Shown in pieces: positions 46,250-56,622 of a stretch of DNA of 64,000 bases (position 1 is the stretch's first letter; each line of letters starts with the position of its first letter). The translations under genes and the position numbers were made by a program. The stretch comes from Plasmodiophora brassicae (lineage: Eukaryota), in the NCBI GenBank assembly GCA_036867785.1, contig CP145410.1:1-64000 (forward strand), given 5' to 3'. A model generated the notes under the pieces. It saw only the letters and a list, made by a program, of their open reading frames with translations, had not been told where the DNA came from and ran no database searches.

Positions 46250-48595
46250 ATGGCTGGCGCGGCAGTCAGTGCAGCACGGACGAGCTGCGGATTGCGGGCG
46301 GCGGCGCGGGCCACTGGTCGGCCTCCGTGGCGGTGCGGTCATCGAGCCCGCCGACGCACAAACAGCCACAGCATGTTTGGGGCGCCGACAGCAACGACGG
46401 CAGGGGTCGACGTCGCCCCGGACCTATCCAGGTTGATCACAGACTGGCAGAACTGCCAGCGACGGATAAAGTCGCTCGAGGATGAAATCGCTGCCGAACG
46501 GTGCGCCCGCGTCAAGGTACGCGGCGACTGATTTGCAGCATGCGACCGCTTGATCGTTGACCGGAATCGGCATGAACAGGCGGAGGCGAAATTGCATGCG
46601 CTTGAATGTCATCTGCAGGGGCGGCGCCCAGCCGTTGATAACCTCGGCATGTTCGTGAACGGCGTCCTGACGTTGGCCGACGAGATGCGATCCATGGCGC
46701 AGGGCATGCTCGGCAAGAAGCCATCGGACCCAGCACCAGAATTTGGCATAGCTGCACCAGTGCCTGCAACGGCAGCTGTACCACCAGCAATGCCCCCGGC
46801 AGTCCCACCAATGCCCACGATTACAAGACAGGCGGCCGTGCCGACCGCTGACTCGTCGTTAAGCTCTGCGATGGGTCGCGTTGACGGATCGCCGTCAGCG
46901 TTGTTGGATTCACTGCTGGTGGCTGCACCCCGTCAAGTCCCTGTGCAACATCAGCCTGTTTCTCGGCCAGCTCCACTTGCTCTTAACAGGTTGCATCAGG
47001 CCGTTGACCCGGCGCAGCACGACGTCGTCACAGCGCCGCTGATGTCCCATTTCCCAGCAGCAGTGGCAGCAGCAACTCCCAACCCAGCACACATCGTGTC
47101 GGATATCCCGGATGTGTCCCGTTATTCGTCACCGTCGCCGTCGCCGTACATGCAAGTGGTTCCTGACCTGTACGCCCAGATCCAGGCGCACCACCTTCAG
47201 CAGCAACAACCACATCAGCAGCAGCAACAGCAGCAGCAACAACAACAACAAGCACAACAAGCACAACAACCTCAAACACAGCATCCGCAGCACGGTCGAT
47301 CGGGTCTAGACGAGTCTCATCGTGCCTTGCTGTCGAACTCCTTTGGGCACCATGACGACACCGGGTCTGTGCATTCGGATTCTTCAGATCGGCATGCCGC
47401 CCTGTCGGTGTACTCGTCTGCCGAGACGCTGTCGCCGATGGCCCTCGAGGAGGAGATTGTACAGCTCCTGCAGACCAAGTCGACGTCGACCTGCTGTGAC
47501 ATCAAGACCCTCCCCGCGGTTCGTCCTCATATTTGGTACGCTGTCGTGGTTAGCATTGCTCATGCATCTCGGGACACTTGTAGATGTATGAAGCCAAATA
47601 CCACCGCGACTTCTCCAAGCGCCTGCTACAGTGTGGCCTGTCCGACCTGGACACATTTGTCGCCTACTTCAAATGGTACCTGGCGCGTGCTGACCCTGCA
47701 CGCCTTTTAAGTGGTTGATTGTGGGTCGCCGCGCGTAGGCAGTCGGATGTACAGAAGTCGTCGTTGGTCTTCACCGAGAAGGTCGTCGACTCGCGCTCCT
47801 GTGTCTTCGTTTCCGTCCTGCCGGCGTCGTCGGGTCTGCCTGCCGCGGGGGAAAGCAAATTGTCGAATGCGCAGCACCAGCAGCAGGGCCCGTTCGATCC
47901 CTCTCATCCATCGTCTCGCGTAGTAACCGCACGCTTGACGTGCCTGTCCTCCCTTCTGACATTGCGCTTCCCAGCACGGACACAACGTGTCCCGGTACGA
48001 GGATCGTGACGTTTCGCCGCGTTCGTCACGTCGTGATGGCCGATCGTCGACCTGTCGCGTGTCGTCGCGGTCAATGTCTCCTGCGATGAGGAGATCGTCG
48101 TCGCATCGCGACTCGTCGCCCGCCGTACACAGGTCGTCATCGCGGCGCGACAGCGTCGATTACAGGGACCGGGAGCGAGACCGGGCACCGTCGCGTTCTG
48201 ATTCGCGTCGCCCATCGTCAACGGCGACGACGTTCTGCTACCATTTCAACAACCAGGGCAAGTGCTGGCATAACGACCGTTGCTATTATCGGCACGCCTG
48301 CTCGACGTGTCGGTCCACAAGTCATGGCGCTTCCAAGTGCCCGCTGAAGGCGTCGTCGAAGAACCAGCCGCTGGGGTCATCGTCGGTGGTGGCGTCGAAC
48401 CAAGGTGGTGGGTCAAGAAGCGCGACGATTGGATCCGCGAAGACGCCCACCGGTCATCTGCCTGCCGACGCTCAGCCTCGTCATGACGCTCCAGATGCGT
48501 CGAAATCGGCAGTCGTGTCGGGCAACCAGGCGGAATCCATGGAGGAAGGGCAGATGCTGGCGTCGCAGCCAGACAACGACGTGCAGGCCAGCTGA
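46250..48595 (+). CDS. Multi-exon protein: coiled coil, polyQ, LOTUS/OST-HTH-like domain, RS-rich region, CCCH + zinc knuckle
   Basis: EEEIVQLL..IKTLPA|MYEAKYHRDF..GLSDLDTFV; SR repeats; FCYHFN..CWH..CYYRHACSTC..HGASKC; start uncertain. Confidence 0.65.
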
Positions 48596-48667
48596 TGCTC
48601 CCCGCCGACGAGCATCAAAACATGACAAACGTTTCATAACTGTGTATATGAAGTGGGAAGATGCGGA

Positions 48668-49585
48668 TTACTGTGCCTTGTCGCCTTCCTTGTGCGTCTT
48701 CTTGATGTGACGCTGCAGCGTGGTGTCGTTGGCGAACATCTTGGAGCACATGCCACAGGGCGTTGTGTTGTGCGTCATCTTGTGCACCGACATGCTCTTG
48801 CGCGGGACCTCCTTCGAGCACACCTCGCATGCGATGACCTCTTCGGGGTCCTTCTTCGCCTTCTCAGCAGGGGAACCTGGTTGTGCGGCCGCCGCCACAG
48901 GAGCCTGAGCAACAACGGGAGTTGCATCGCTGGTTTCGACTGGCGCCTTTGGATTCTTCTTCGGTGGCTTGTCACTCTTCGAGGCCTTATCCTTGTGCTT
49001 CCTTGACTTCTTCTCCTTTGATTTAACCGGTTCGCCGCCGCTTGGCGCAGGCATCTCTGGTTCCCCCGCTGGAGCCTGTTCGCCTGGAATGACGTTGTTC
49101 TCGATGACGACAACGGGCAGTTCCGATGGCGAAGGCGCAACGGGAGCTGGTGCAGACGCCGGAGTAGACGGTGCGGCAGAGGGCGCTGAAGGTTCGGCAG
49201 AAGGCGTCTTCTGTTCAGCAGGCGTTGGCTGCTTGGCGCCACGCGCAACCTTGGCCTTCTTCGGCGCCGGCGTGGCTGGTGCCTGAACGGAATGCTCGGC
49301 GGGAGCGGCAGAGGCACTCGTTTCACTGAATGAGACAAAGACGTGCTCGCCGTCGTCGAACAGGTCACAGACGGCGTCGTCGAGATCAACGTCGAACTCC
49401 TCGGCCTTCTGCAGTGTGGTGCTGTGCAGCGTTTGCAGGTGCGGTTCCGCGTAGAGCTTGCCTAGTTTCGCGAGAATCGCATCGAGAAGCTCGCGAGCAG
49501 ATTCGGACGGGCGCGCGAGTTGCAGAAATTTGCGTCGCTGGCAGTGCACGAACAGGCGCACCAGGGCCCGGTTTTCGGATGCCAT
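48668..49585 (-). CDS. Protein with Net1/Tof2-like N-terminal domain, Pro/Ala/Lys linker and two C2H2 zinc fingers
   Basis: RKFLQL..ELLDAILAKLGKLY..FDVDLDDAVCDLFDDGEHVFV; CEVC..HKMTH and CGMC..HIKKTH. Confidence 0.8.
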   Translation of the reverse strand: MASENRALVRLFVHCQRRKFLQLARPSESARELLDAILAKLGKLYAEPHLQTLHSTTLQKAEEFDVDLDDAVCDLFDDGEHVFVSFSETSASAAPAEHSVQAPATPAPKKAKVARGAKQPTPAEQKTPSAEPSAPSAAPSTPASAPAPVAPSPSELPVVVIENNVIPGEQAPAGEPEMPAPSGGEPVKSKEKKSRKHKDKASKSDKPPKKNPKAPVETSDATPVVAQAPVAAAAQPGSPAEKAKKDPEEVIACEVCSKEVPRKSMSVHKMTHNTTPCGMCSKMFANDTTLQRHIKKTHKEGDKAQ

Positions 49586-50492
49586 TGTAGCAAACGTACG
49601 TTCCGCCGAAGCTGTTGTCGAACGTGACGCTGAACGCAGCAACCTGGTGCAATGCGCGAAGTCCGCACGCAGTCCGTGACGGACTTCCGAGACCGTAAAT
49701 AACGCTGGAGCAGGTCAGGCCTGTATGTATTGATGGCCATGTTCAGGGAATCAGGGTAGGGGTCCAACTCGGGTTGCAACACGCTCCTGCTCGCCAAAGC
49801 CGCATGCGGACAGTGCCCGTACCTTTACACCATGTGCGACCTCGGCGGCGCTGCATGATGATCCTTCGACAGGCAAGCATCGGTAGGCGCCTGCCTGTAG
49901 GCCGACAACGGGCCGCTGCCGTGAACCGCTTGAGGTGCGCGGTCCAACCTTGAGGCGGCGGCGAGCGCACGTTGCCCCGCGGCTGACCGAACTGGACGTC
50001 GCCCTCAGATCGCCTTATGGCGCACCGCCATTAGTCGAGCGGGGAGGGCCTCTGCCGACGCAGCAGGCACGAACGCCACTGACCCGATCGCGCATGTAAA
50101 AGTTGAGTTCCGGTCCGTTTCCGTTCGGGTATGTCAAAGGAAGCATTGGCCTTCGTGGCAACTTCGCATCTGGCTGCTTGTGCTTGTGCTTTAGATGCGT
50201 CATGCGGACACAGCCGCCGTCGCGCTGCTTGAAGTTATGGTTCACGGACCTGGCCCTGGTGAAAGATGAAGATTCATGCGGCAGGTGCGCTCTACTCCGC
50301 CCTAATGCCTCGAATTATAACGTCTCGCATCGCATAAATAACGAAGACATTACGTTTATGAACAATTTGCACAGTATAAAACGACTAGACCTATACGTAG
50401 GTCCCGGCCCACATGAGCTTCGCTCGTCGCAGCCCAAGCGTATTTGACAGGGGCGCGTTTCGTCGTTTACAACCTCCTTCGCGATGCAGTCC

Positions 50493-50678
50493 TGTAGACC
50501 GGACCGCCAACTAGGCCACGAGAGCAGCTGCTCTGCGAGTCGCCCACAACGGTAGGCGGCGGACATCGCTCGACATCGAGGGGCTTGAGCTTCCTCGGTG
50601 AGATGTTTTGTAGACCGGACCGCCAACTAGGCCACGAGAGCAGCTGCTCTCGTGGCCTAGTTGGCGGTCCGGTCTACA
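50493..50678. mobile_element. 186-bp TG...CA MITE (Ginger-like) containing a perfect 70-bp palindrome
   Basis: 42-bp TIR 50493-50534 / 50637-50678; 4-bp TSD GTCC at 50489-50492 and 50679-50682; perfect palindrome 50609-50678. Confidence 0.8.
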
Positions 50679-51101
50679 GTCCACATCAGTATTCTAACTC
50701 CTCGATGACGAAGGGCTCCTGATAACCGGCTGCCTCGTCGTCAGCAGCGGGACGTGTTCGGTCATCCTGAGGTGTCCATGCGAATGCGCGCTTCATTCGG
50801 GCACAGCTTCTCATCAAACGCGTTCACTCTCTTTGCAGCCAGCTTGACCACCATCTTGCCGGCAGCCCATCCTGCCATTCTTCTGCGGCTCAGCTAGGCT
50901 CGTGTCGAGTTCGGCATGGGGGTCCCGCACAGCTCGCTATGACTAGCAGGGGTTTCACTTTGCACGGGCATTCGGGATCAGAGTTTATAAACGACAGAGG
51001 AGCATCCGCAAAGCGATTCAGAGGAGGGCGGCAACAGCGAGGGCGCCCAGGGCGTCAGCTGTCCACTGTCCACCGTTCGCCTTCGCCTTCGACGGGTCCA
51101 C

Positions 51102-52838
51102 CTAATTGTCCGGCAGGGAGGTCCCTGTCGACGCATTGGGGAACGCTTCCCGAGTACGGCGTGCGATGATCATGCCCGTGGCGGCACCGATGACAGCAAT
51201 ATTCAGCGCCGCCGTCACCTTCACCGACGTCCGGACCAAATCTCGGTTTCTCTCGTCTACCATCCCCGACTGCATGGGGTGTTTGCGATTCTTCCATATG
51301 ATGAATGCAGCATTTAACGCGTTCGCCAAAGCGCCAGTCGCGATTACCGCCTTGATGCTGGTGGGTGGCCAGAGTCGCGAGAGCAAACGTTTGAACTGCA
51401 GCCGGTGGATTGGATCATTCTTGAATCGGTCCAGCACGAAGCGACGGAAGCGTTGATTGGAGAGCAGAAGCCACGGAAGCCGTTTGATGACACCATTATA
51501 GACCGCGTCGGGCGATGCTGTAGACAGGATCAACAGCATGTCATCGTCGTACGTGGGACGGTCCTTATGTAGGAGATTGACCAGATCCGACAGATATACT
51601 TTCAGATCGTCTTCTGGCATCGCGAAGGTGGCCGGAATGACCAAGTCGGTGATATTGGTGGCGATGCTTCTACAGACGGATCGCAGAACAACGGCACGCG
51701 CTGGTACTTTGGGGAACTGGTAGCGGATCACATCAACCAGCGTACGGATCACATTGGATGGGATGAAACAGTTCGGGAAGGTTCGCCCGAATTGATCAAG
51801 AACGTGCTTAATGTTTTGCTCAGATGACGCATTTGACACCAGCATGAGCAGCATGTCGAGCGCAAACGTTGGCGGCTCGACCGCGTTAACGTTCTGGTTG
51901 AAAAATGACACGGTTGTGAACGAGACGTGAGTCAGTGAAGCGCCCAGACTGAGCAGCGTGTTCAGCATGCGCGCGTCACCGTATGCGACAGCATGGTGGA
52001 TTCGGTACAGTGGTTCGCCTACGGCGGCGTCGAATACCATCGACTCGAGCGGCATACCGTGCTCAACAAGCACGCGGACAAGGTCGGCATCGATGTGCGG
52101 ATCGGGGAAATCGTTCCGCAGGGCAATGGAGCAAACCTCGATATTCACCATCGACACGTTATGCCTCCTCAGAAGGCGGTCAGTCGCGTTAATGAAGTTT
52201 CGGGAAACCGATATTTCGTCCACGAATCGCGGTTGCTGCAAAAGCACCGTCCTGACGTGCGGAGGGACAGGTCGAAACGCAATGCCACGCTGAAGCAGAC
52301 CACGTAGGATAAAGAAATAGTGCAAAACCCATCGATGTCCTCCCCATACATGCGACGCTTGCCTTGCTTTCCTCAGCGCAATAGCGATCGCATGATGGCC
52401 GGGTACGCCGAGGACATTGATCAATGTCATTAGAGCATCCATAACAACGTCAAAGGCGTCGTGCTCCATGATGCGTTCGAGGACGAGGACCTGACGGCGC
52501 AAACTGACGGACCCGGTGGAGATCTGATGGCGGCACATCCGCGACCGGGAACTGTTGCCATTGGCCATCGAGTGGATTTGCGAGACAAGGTACGTGGCGC
52601 TTGGTAAATCGGGGCGAAACAAGAATTCCGAACAGGCACGACGGGCGAGGACCGATGCAGCAGCATCAGCAGAACGCGGTGATACAGCAGCGCCCTGGGC
52701 GATGTCTGCACCCGGCAGCTCAGCGTAGACATTCCTCCAGACGTCAATGTTCAGATCACGGGAATACCCGCAGGCCAGGCAGGCTGCGACGATGACAACG
52801 ACGACGCCGAACAGCTGTGCAGAAGCGATTGGTGCCAT
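51102..52838 (-). CDS. Intronless secreted/membrane ankyrin-repeat protein
   Basis: Signal-like MAPIASAQLFGVVVVIVAACLACG; ankyrin-like IHHAVAYGDARMLNTLLSLGAS; two C-terminal hydrophobic segments. Confidence 0.7.
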   Translation of the reverse strand: MAPIASAQLFGVVVVIVAACLACGYSRDLNIDVWRNVYAELPGADIAQGAAVSPRSADAAASVLARRACSEFLFRPDLPSATYLVSQIHSMANGNSSRSRMCRHQISTGSVSLRRQVLVLERIMEHDAFDVVMDALMTLINVLGVPGHHAIAIALRKARQASHVWGGHRWVLHYFFILRGLLQRGIAFRPVPPHVRTVLLQQPRFVDEISVSRNFINATDRLLRRHNVSMVNIEVCSIALRNDFPDPHIDADLVRVLVEHGMPLESMVFDAAVGEPLYRIHHAVAYGDARMLNTLLSLGASLTHVSFTTVSFFNQNVNAVEPPTFALDMLLMLVSNASSEQNIKHVLDQFGRTFPNCFIPSNVIRTLVDVIRYQFPKVPARAVVLRSVCRSIATNITDLVIPATFAMPEDDLKVYLSDLVNLLHKDRPTYDDDMLLILSTASPDAVYNGVIKRLPWLLLSNQRFRRFVLDRFKNDPIHRLQFKRLLSRLWPPTSIKAVIATGALANALNAAFIIWKNRKHPMQSGMVDERNRDLVRTSVKVTAALNIAVIGAATGMIIARRTREAFPNASTGTSLPDN

Positions 52839-53701
52839 CCCTGCCCGTTGCGACTGTTTGCGCGAATGGGCGGTGGGTCGCCGGCCAGTGCGCGGCACAA
52901 CACTGCGGTGATTCCTATTTCTGGCAGCCGCGCAGTTCTTTGTCGACGACGATCCTTCGTCCGGAACGTTCCCTGGATCCATGTCCCGGGTCCCGCCCGT
53001 GTACTAACCACGAACCGGATCGATAACGGCATACACGAATATACCACGGTTTGATTGACGATACAAAGTAATATATGAACTTGTACCTCGTGTGCGCCCA
53101 ATAACGCATGTGTTCTGCGGACGACGCTTCTCTTTCGGCTGCAAGCACGGTAGCAACCCCTGGTTTGATATTCCCAGCCAAGGTTACACATTCGCCGCCT
53201 ATTCCGAACGGCTTTCTTTGGCCTAGTCGCAGAATGAGATCGGTTTCCGTCGACGCTTCGGAACCGGTCCGGCGTGATGCACAACGGGACTGATGTCAAC
53301 TGGTGGGAAACCGTTTTCACACCACTCGCCGATGCCGCCACCGCTGCAGGCGATTCGCCATTGGCATTGCTGTCATCATCGATGGTGCTAACGTTCTGAA
53401 TTGGGGTTCATACCTTGTCGCGCCTCCTGCCACGGGTCAGGCCTGCGGCAGACTCGGCTGGGTTGTGCGTACGACGCGAGCAGCTTCGTACCCGCTTGCA
53501 CCATCTGAGCGGTACCCTGTCCTGACGGCTGCTGCTGCTACCCTGCTGCTCAGAGCGCGTCACTGCGCCACTGGCCCCATCCAGAGAAAGTCCGTACGCC
53601 ACAGTGCGAGCTGCTGCTGCTGCTCGTGCCCCGCAACGTGTCCCTGGCGCGCCGGGGCAACCGTGTAGCGCGTCCATTGGTTGTCGCGCCGCCGACGACA
53701 G

Positions 53702-56305
53702 ATGGTGGACGGCCTGTCGGAGGTCGCAGGGCCGTCGACGACGATATCGCCCTCGGCAGCCCCTGGTAAATACTCGTCTGGGCACCTGGCCGCCCTCGCG
53801 TTCGCCGCGTTCGCCGCCGGCTGCCTGCATGTACATCTCCTGCTGTTCGCCATCATCGTCGTTGTCGCGCTGCAGATCGTCCCCGGCGGCGACGACGTCG
53901 ACAAGGCCGACTGGTCCGACGCGGACGCCGGTCGACCGTGGGTCGCGGACCACGGCGAATGGATCAATTCGTTCCTGTCCGATGTCTGGCCCCGGCACCA
54001 GCATTTGCTGGAGTCCCGGCTGCGTCTCGCTCTATCAACGAAGATGGCGGCGCTGAAGTCCACGGGCATCCACTCCGTGTCGCTCGCCTCGTTCCGCATC
54101 GTTCGCGGCCGCCCTCGTATCACCAAGCTGCTGGCGCATTGCATCCCGGCGGCGCCCGGTGGCACCTCGGTCCGGGCCCGACCCGGCCCTGACCTCGACC
54201 ATGCGCTCGATTTCGAGCTCTCCTACGACGGTCTCGTCGACATCCGGTTCAACGTTCGCCTCGTCGTCGGATCCGTCGTGGTTCGCGTCCGCCTGACCCA
54301 TGTTCACTCGCGTGCCCGTCTGCGCTTCTACAACCGCCTGGTAGGGCTCCTCCCCCCGACGTGGGTGTTCGTTCGTCCAGCGCTCACGTTTGCATCGGCC
54401 AGGCGGACCGCCCGTTCTTTGGCGGTTTCACCTGCGAGCTCCTGAGTGACCCGGATCCGACGCTCGACTTTGACGTCCGCGTCGGGTACGTCGATGCGTC
54501 CAAGGTGCCGTTCGTCGAGGAGTTCATTCTCAGTCACCTGTACAAGATCGTCCGGACCACGAAGCTGGATTTCAGGCTGGCGCCGAACGTCGACGAGCCG
54601 CCGCTCCCCGTCTTCTGCCCAACGGGGCTCCTGTCCGTTCGCGTTCTCGGGACGCACCACAACCTATCCGGGGTCGTCGGCGGCGCGCCCGACCTGCAGG
54701 CGGTCCTCGCGTCCGACATGGCGAACGTGACGTTCGAGATGGCGGTCGGGACGCAGACGCACACCTGTACGGCTTCGGCCAGCTACACGGAGAAGGCCTG
54801 CGTCTTCATCGTATCGCCGTTTACGATCACCGCTGACGGGTCGTCGAAACGCTCGTCGTCGGACACGGAATCCACGTTGCGCCTTCGCGTTCTGGTCAAC
54901 GGGAAGCTGTCGTGGAAGGGCAAGACGGACATCGACGACGTGTTCAGGTCGGTGTGATTGTCGGATCGTCTGACTCGGGCGCGCGTCGCCTGATCGTATG
55001 GCCATGTATACGTGCAGGTCCATGGAGCCGTCGTGCATTGACTGGGACGTGCGCATGAAGCGAAAGCAAGTCGGGTCGATCGTGCGACTGCGGCTGCTCT
55101 GGGAGCCGCTGATCCCGCCGACCCAGGCCAGTGGGCCAATCGTTCAGAAGGGGCTGGAGTCCTGGTTCCGCTCCAGGAACGCGTCGCCCCGTGATATTGC
55201 GCTGCCCTCCGAGTACGCTGGCATCGTTCGCATCACGATCGATTCGGTGACGATCGATGCGATCGCGGCCGACGGCTGGGTACCCGTTGTGCAGGTGTCG
55301 CTCGCTGATCAGCTGCGCGCGTGCACAATGGACAGCGCTGCGTCGGCAGGTCGTATCGTGTCGCAAACGGCCGACTTCTCCTCCGTCGACTGCGTCGTGG
55401 AATTCCTCGTCAGCATCGACGCGTTCGTGCAGTCGAAGGTCGTCCTGCGCGTCTTCGACAATCGTAACCTGGTGGGCGCCGTCGCCCTGGACCTGTCGCA
55501 GTTGATCTTTGTGGACGACGGCCAGTTCGAGGGCACCTTGGTCGTCGACAATGGCGCGCATGCCACGATCGTCTGCTCGGCCGAGTTCCATCCGTCCGTC
55601 TTCCTGGTCCACGTCGGCCAGCGCAACGTCTTCCTGTCCGCCCCTGTACAACAGTCCTCGCGAAGGCGCTCGTCTCTGAGCCAGCAGACGCGCCCTGAAA
55701 CAAGGCCGGACGATGCACGATGGGGTAACGCGCGTTCGTCTTCGGGTGTGTGTCCCCGCGCCTGTGGCTGACACGTCTCGTGCGTACAGCGTCGACCTCT
55801 CAGGTCCCGACGGCTCACACGACGCCCGACACGAGCGTGTCGCCGGCCCGACGACACTCGCTCCCGGTGGCCTTGTTCGCATCGCCGCCGCCGAACGAAA
55901 CGCTGGAGCAGATCGTGGAGCGGACCCTGGAGCAGATTGTGACGGCGGCCGTACAGGGCTCCACCCTGCTCAGCCCACACAACGGCGGCACAGTCATCAG
56001 TGCTGCTGCTGCTGCTGCTGGCGGCGACGACGACGACGATGATGATGGCGATGACGGCACCAACGGGGTGCGGAAAGCGAACCGGCGTTCGCCTTCGGTT
56101 TCGCAGACTGTGGAACTGTCTGGTAGGGCGAGCGAAACGTGCCTACTAGCTATATGCTCGACGCGCGCCTTCTCACTGTGTGTGCTCGGCTGTAGATATG
56201 TCGTCGAAGGGCGTGGGCAGGCGCTCGCGGTGGTCAGCGAAGCGCCGATCGGGTCGTGACCCAACGGATCCGCACGGCCGGCACCAGCAATGCGCCGTCA
56301 TGTAA
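53702..56305 (+). CDS. Extended-synaptotagmin/tricalbin-like SMP + C2-like protein with predicted C-terminal CaaX
   Basis: N-terminal hydrophobic hairpin, EWINSFLSDVWP SMP entry motif, beta-rich C2-like domains; last intron 56123-56195 gives ..RRSRWSAKRRSGR..QQCAVM*. Confidence 0.7.
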
Positions 56306-56622
56306 TGGACCCATCCGGTTCGCCTCTGCTCTATTTACAGATCGTAAATTAAAAATGCTGTCCCTTGTAATAACAAACGTCCACACGTCGGGGTCGGTCC
56401 CGTCCAGGCCCGCTCGAACAACCGGACGTGAGTGAACACTCTGGATGTATAACTGGGTGTGAGCGCCCTGCCGTCGTGGCGCCGGACAGGTCCTGCGCGA
56501 ACGTGCTCGGAGTGGTGGTGAGTGGTGACCCAGCGGACCGCGGCGGGTGCTCACTGTTCGGTCGGGCGGGTAGCTGCCAGTCGCACCGGGTTTAGACGGG
56601 GCCCGTGGCGCGGCGTCCAAAA

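Noticed and set aside
49700-50950. Fragmentary ORFs around the palindromic MITE
   Set aside because: Removing the MITE does not restore a recognisable protein; may be decayed sequence but cannot be supported
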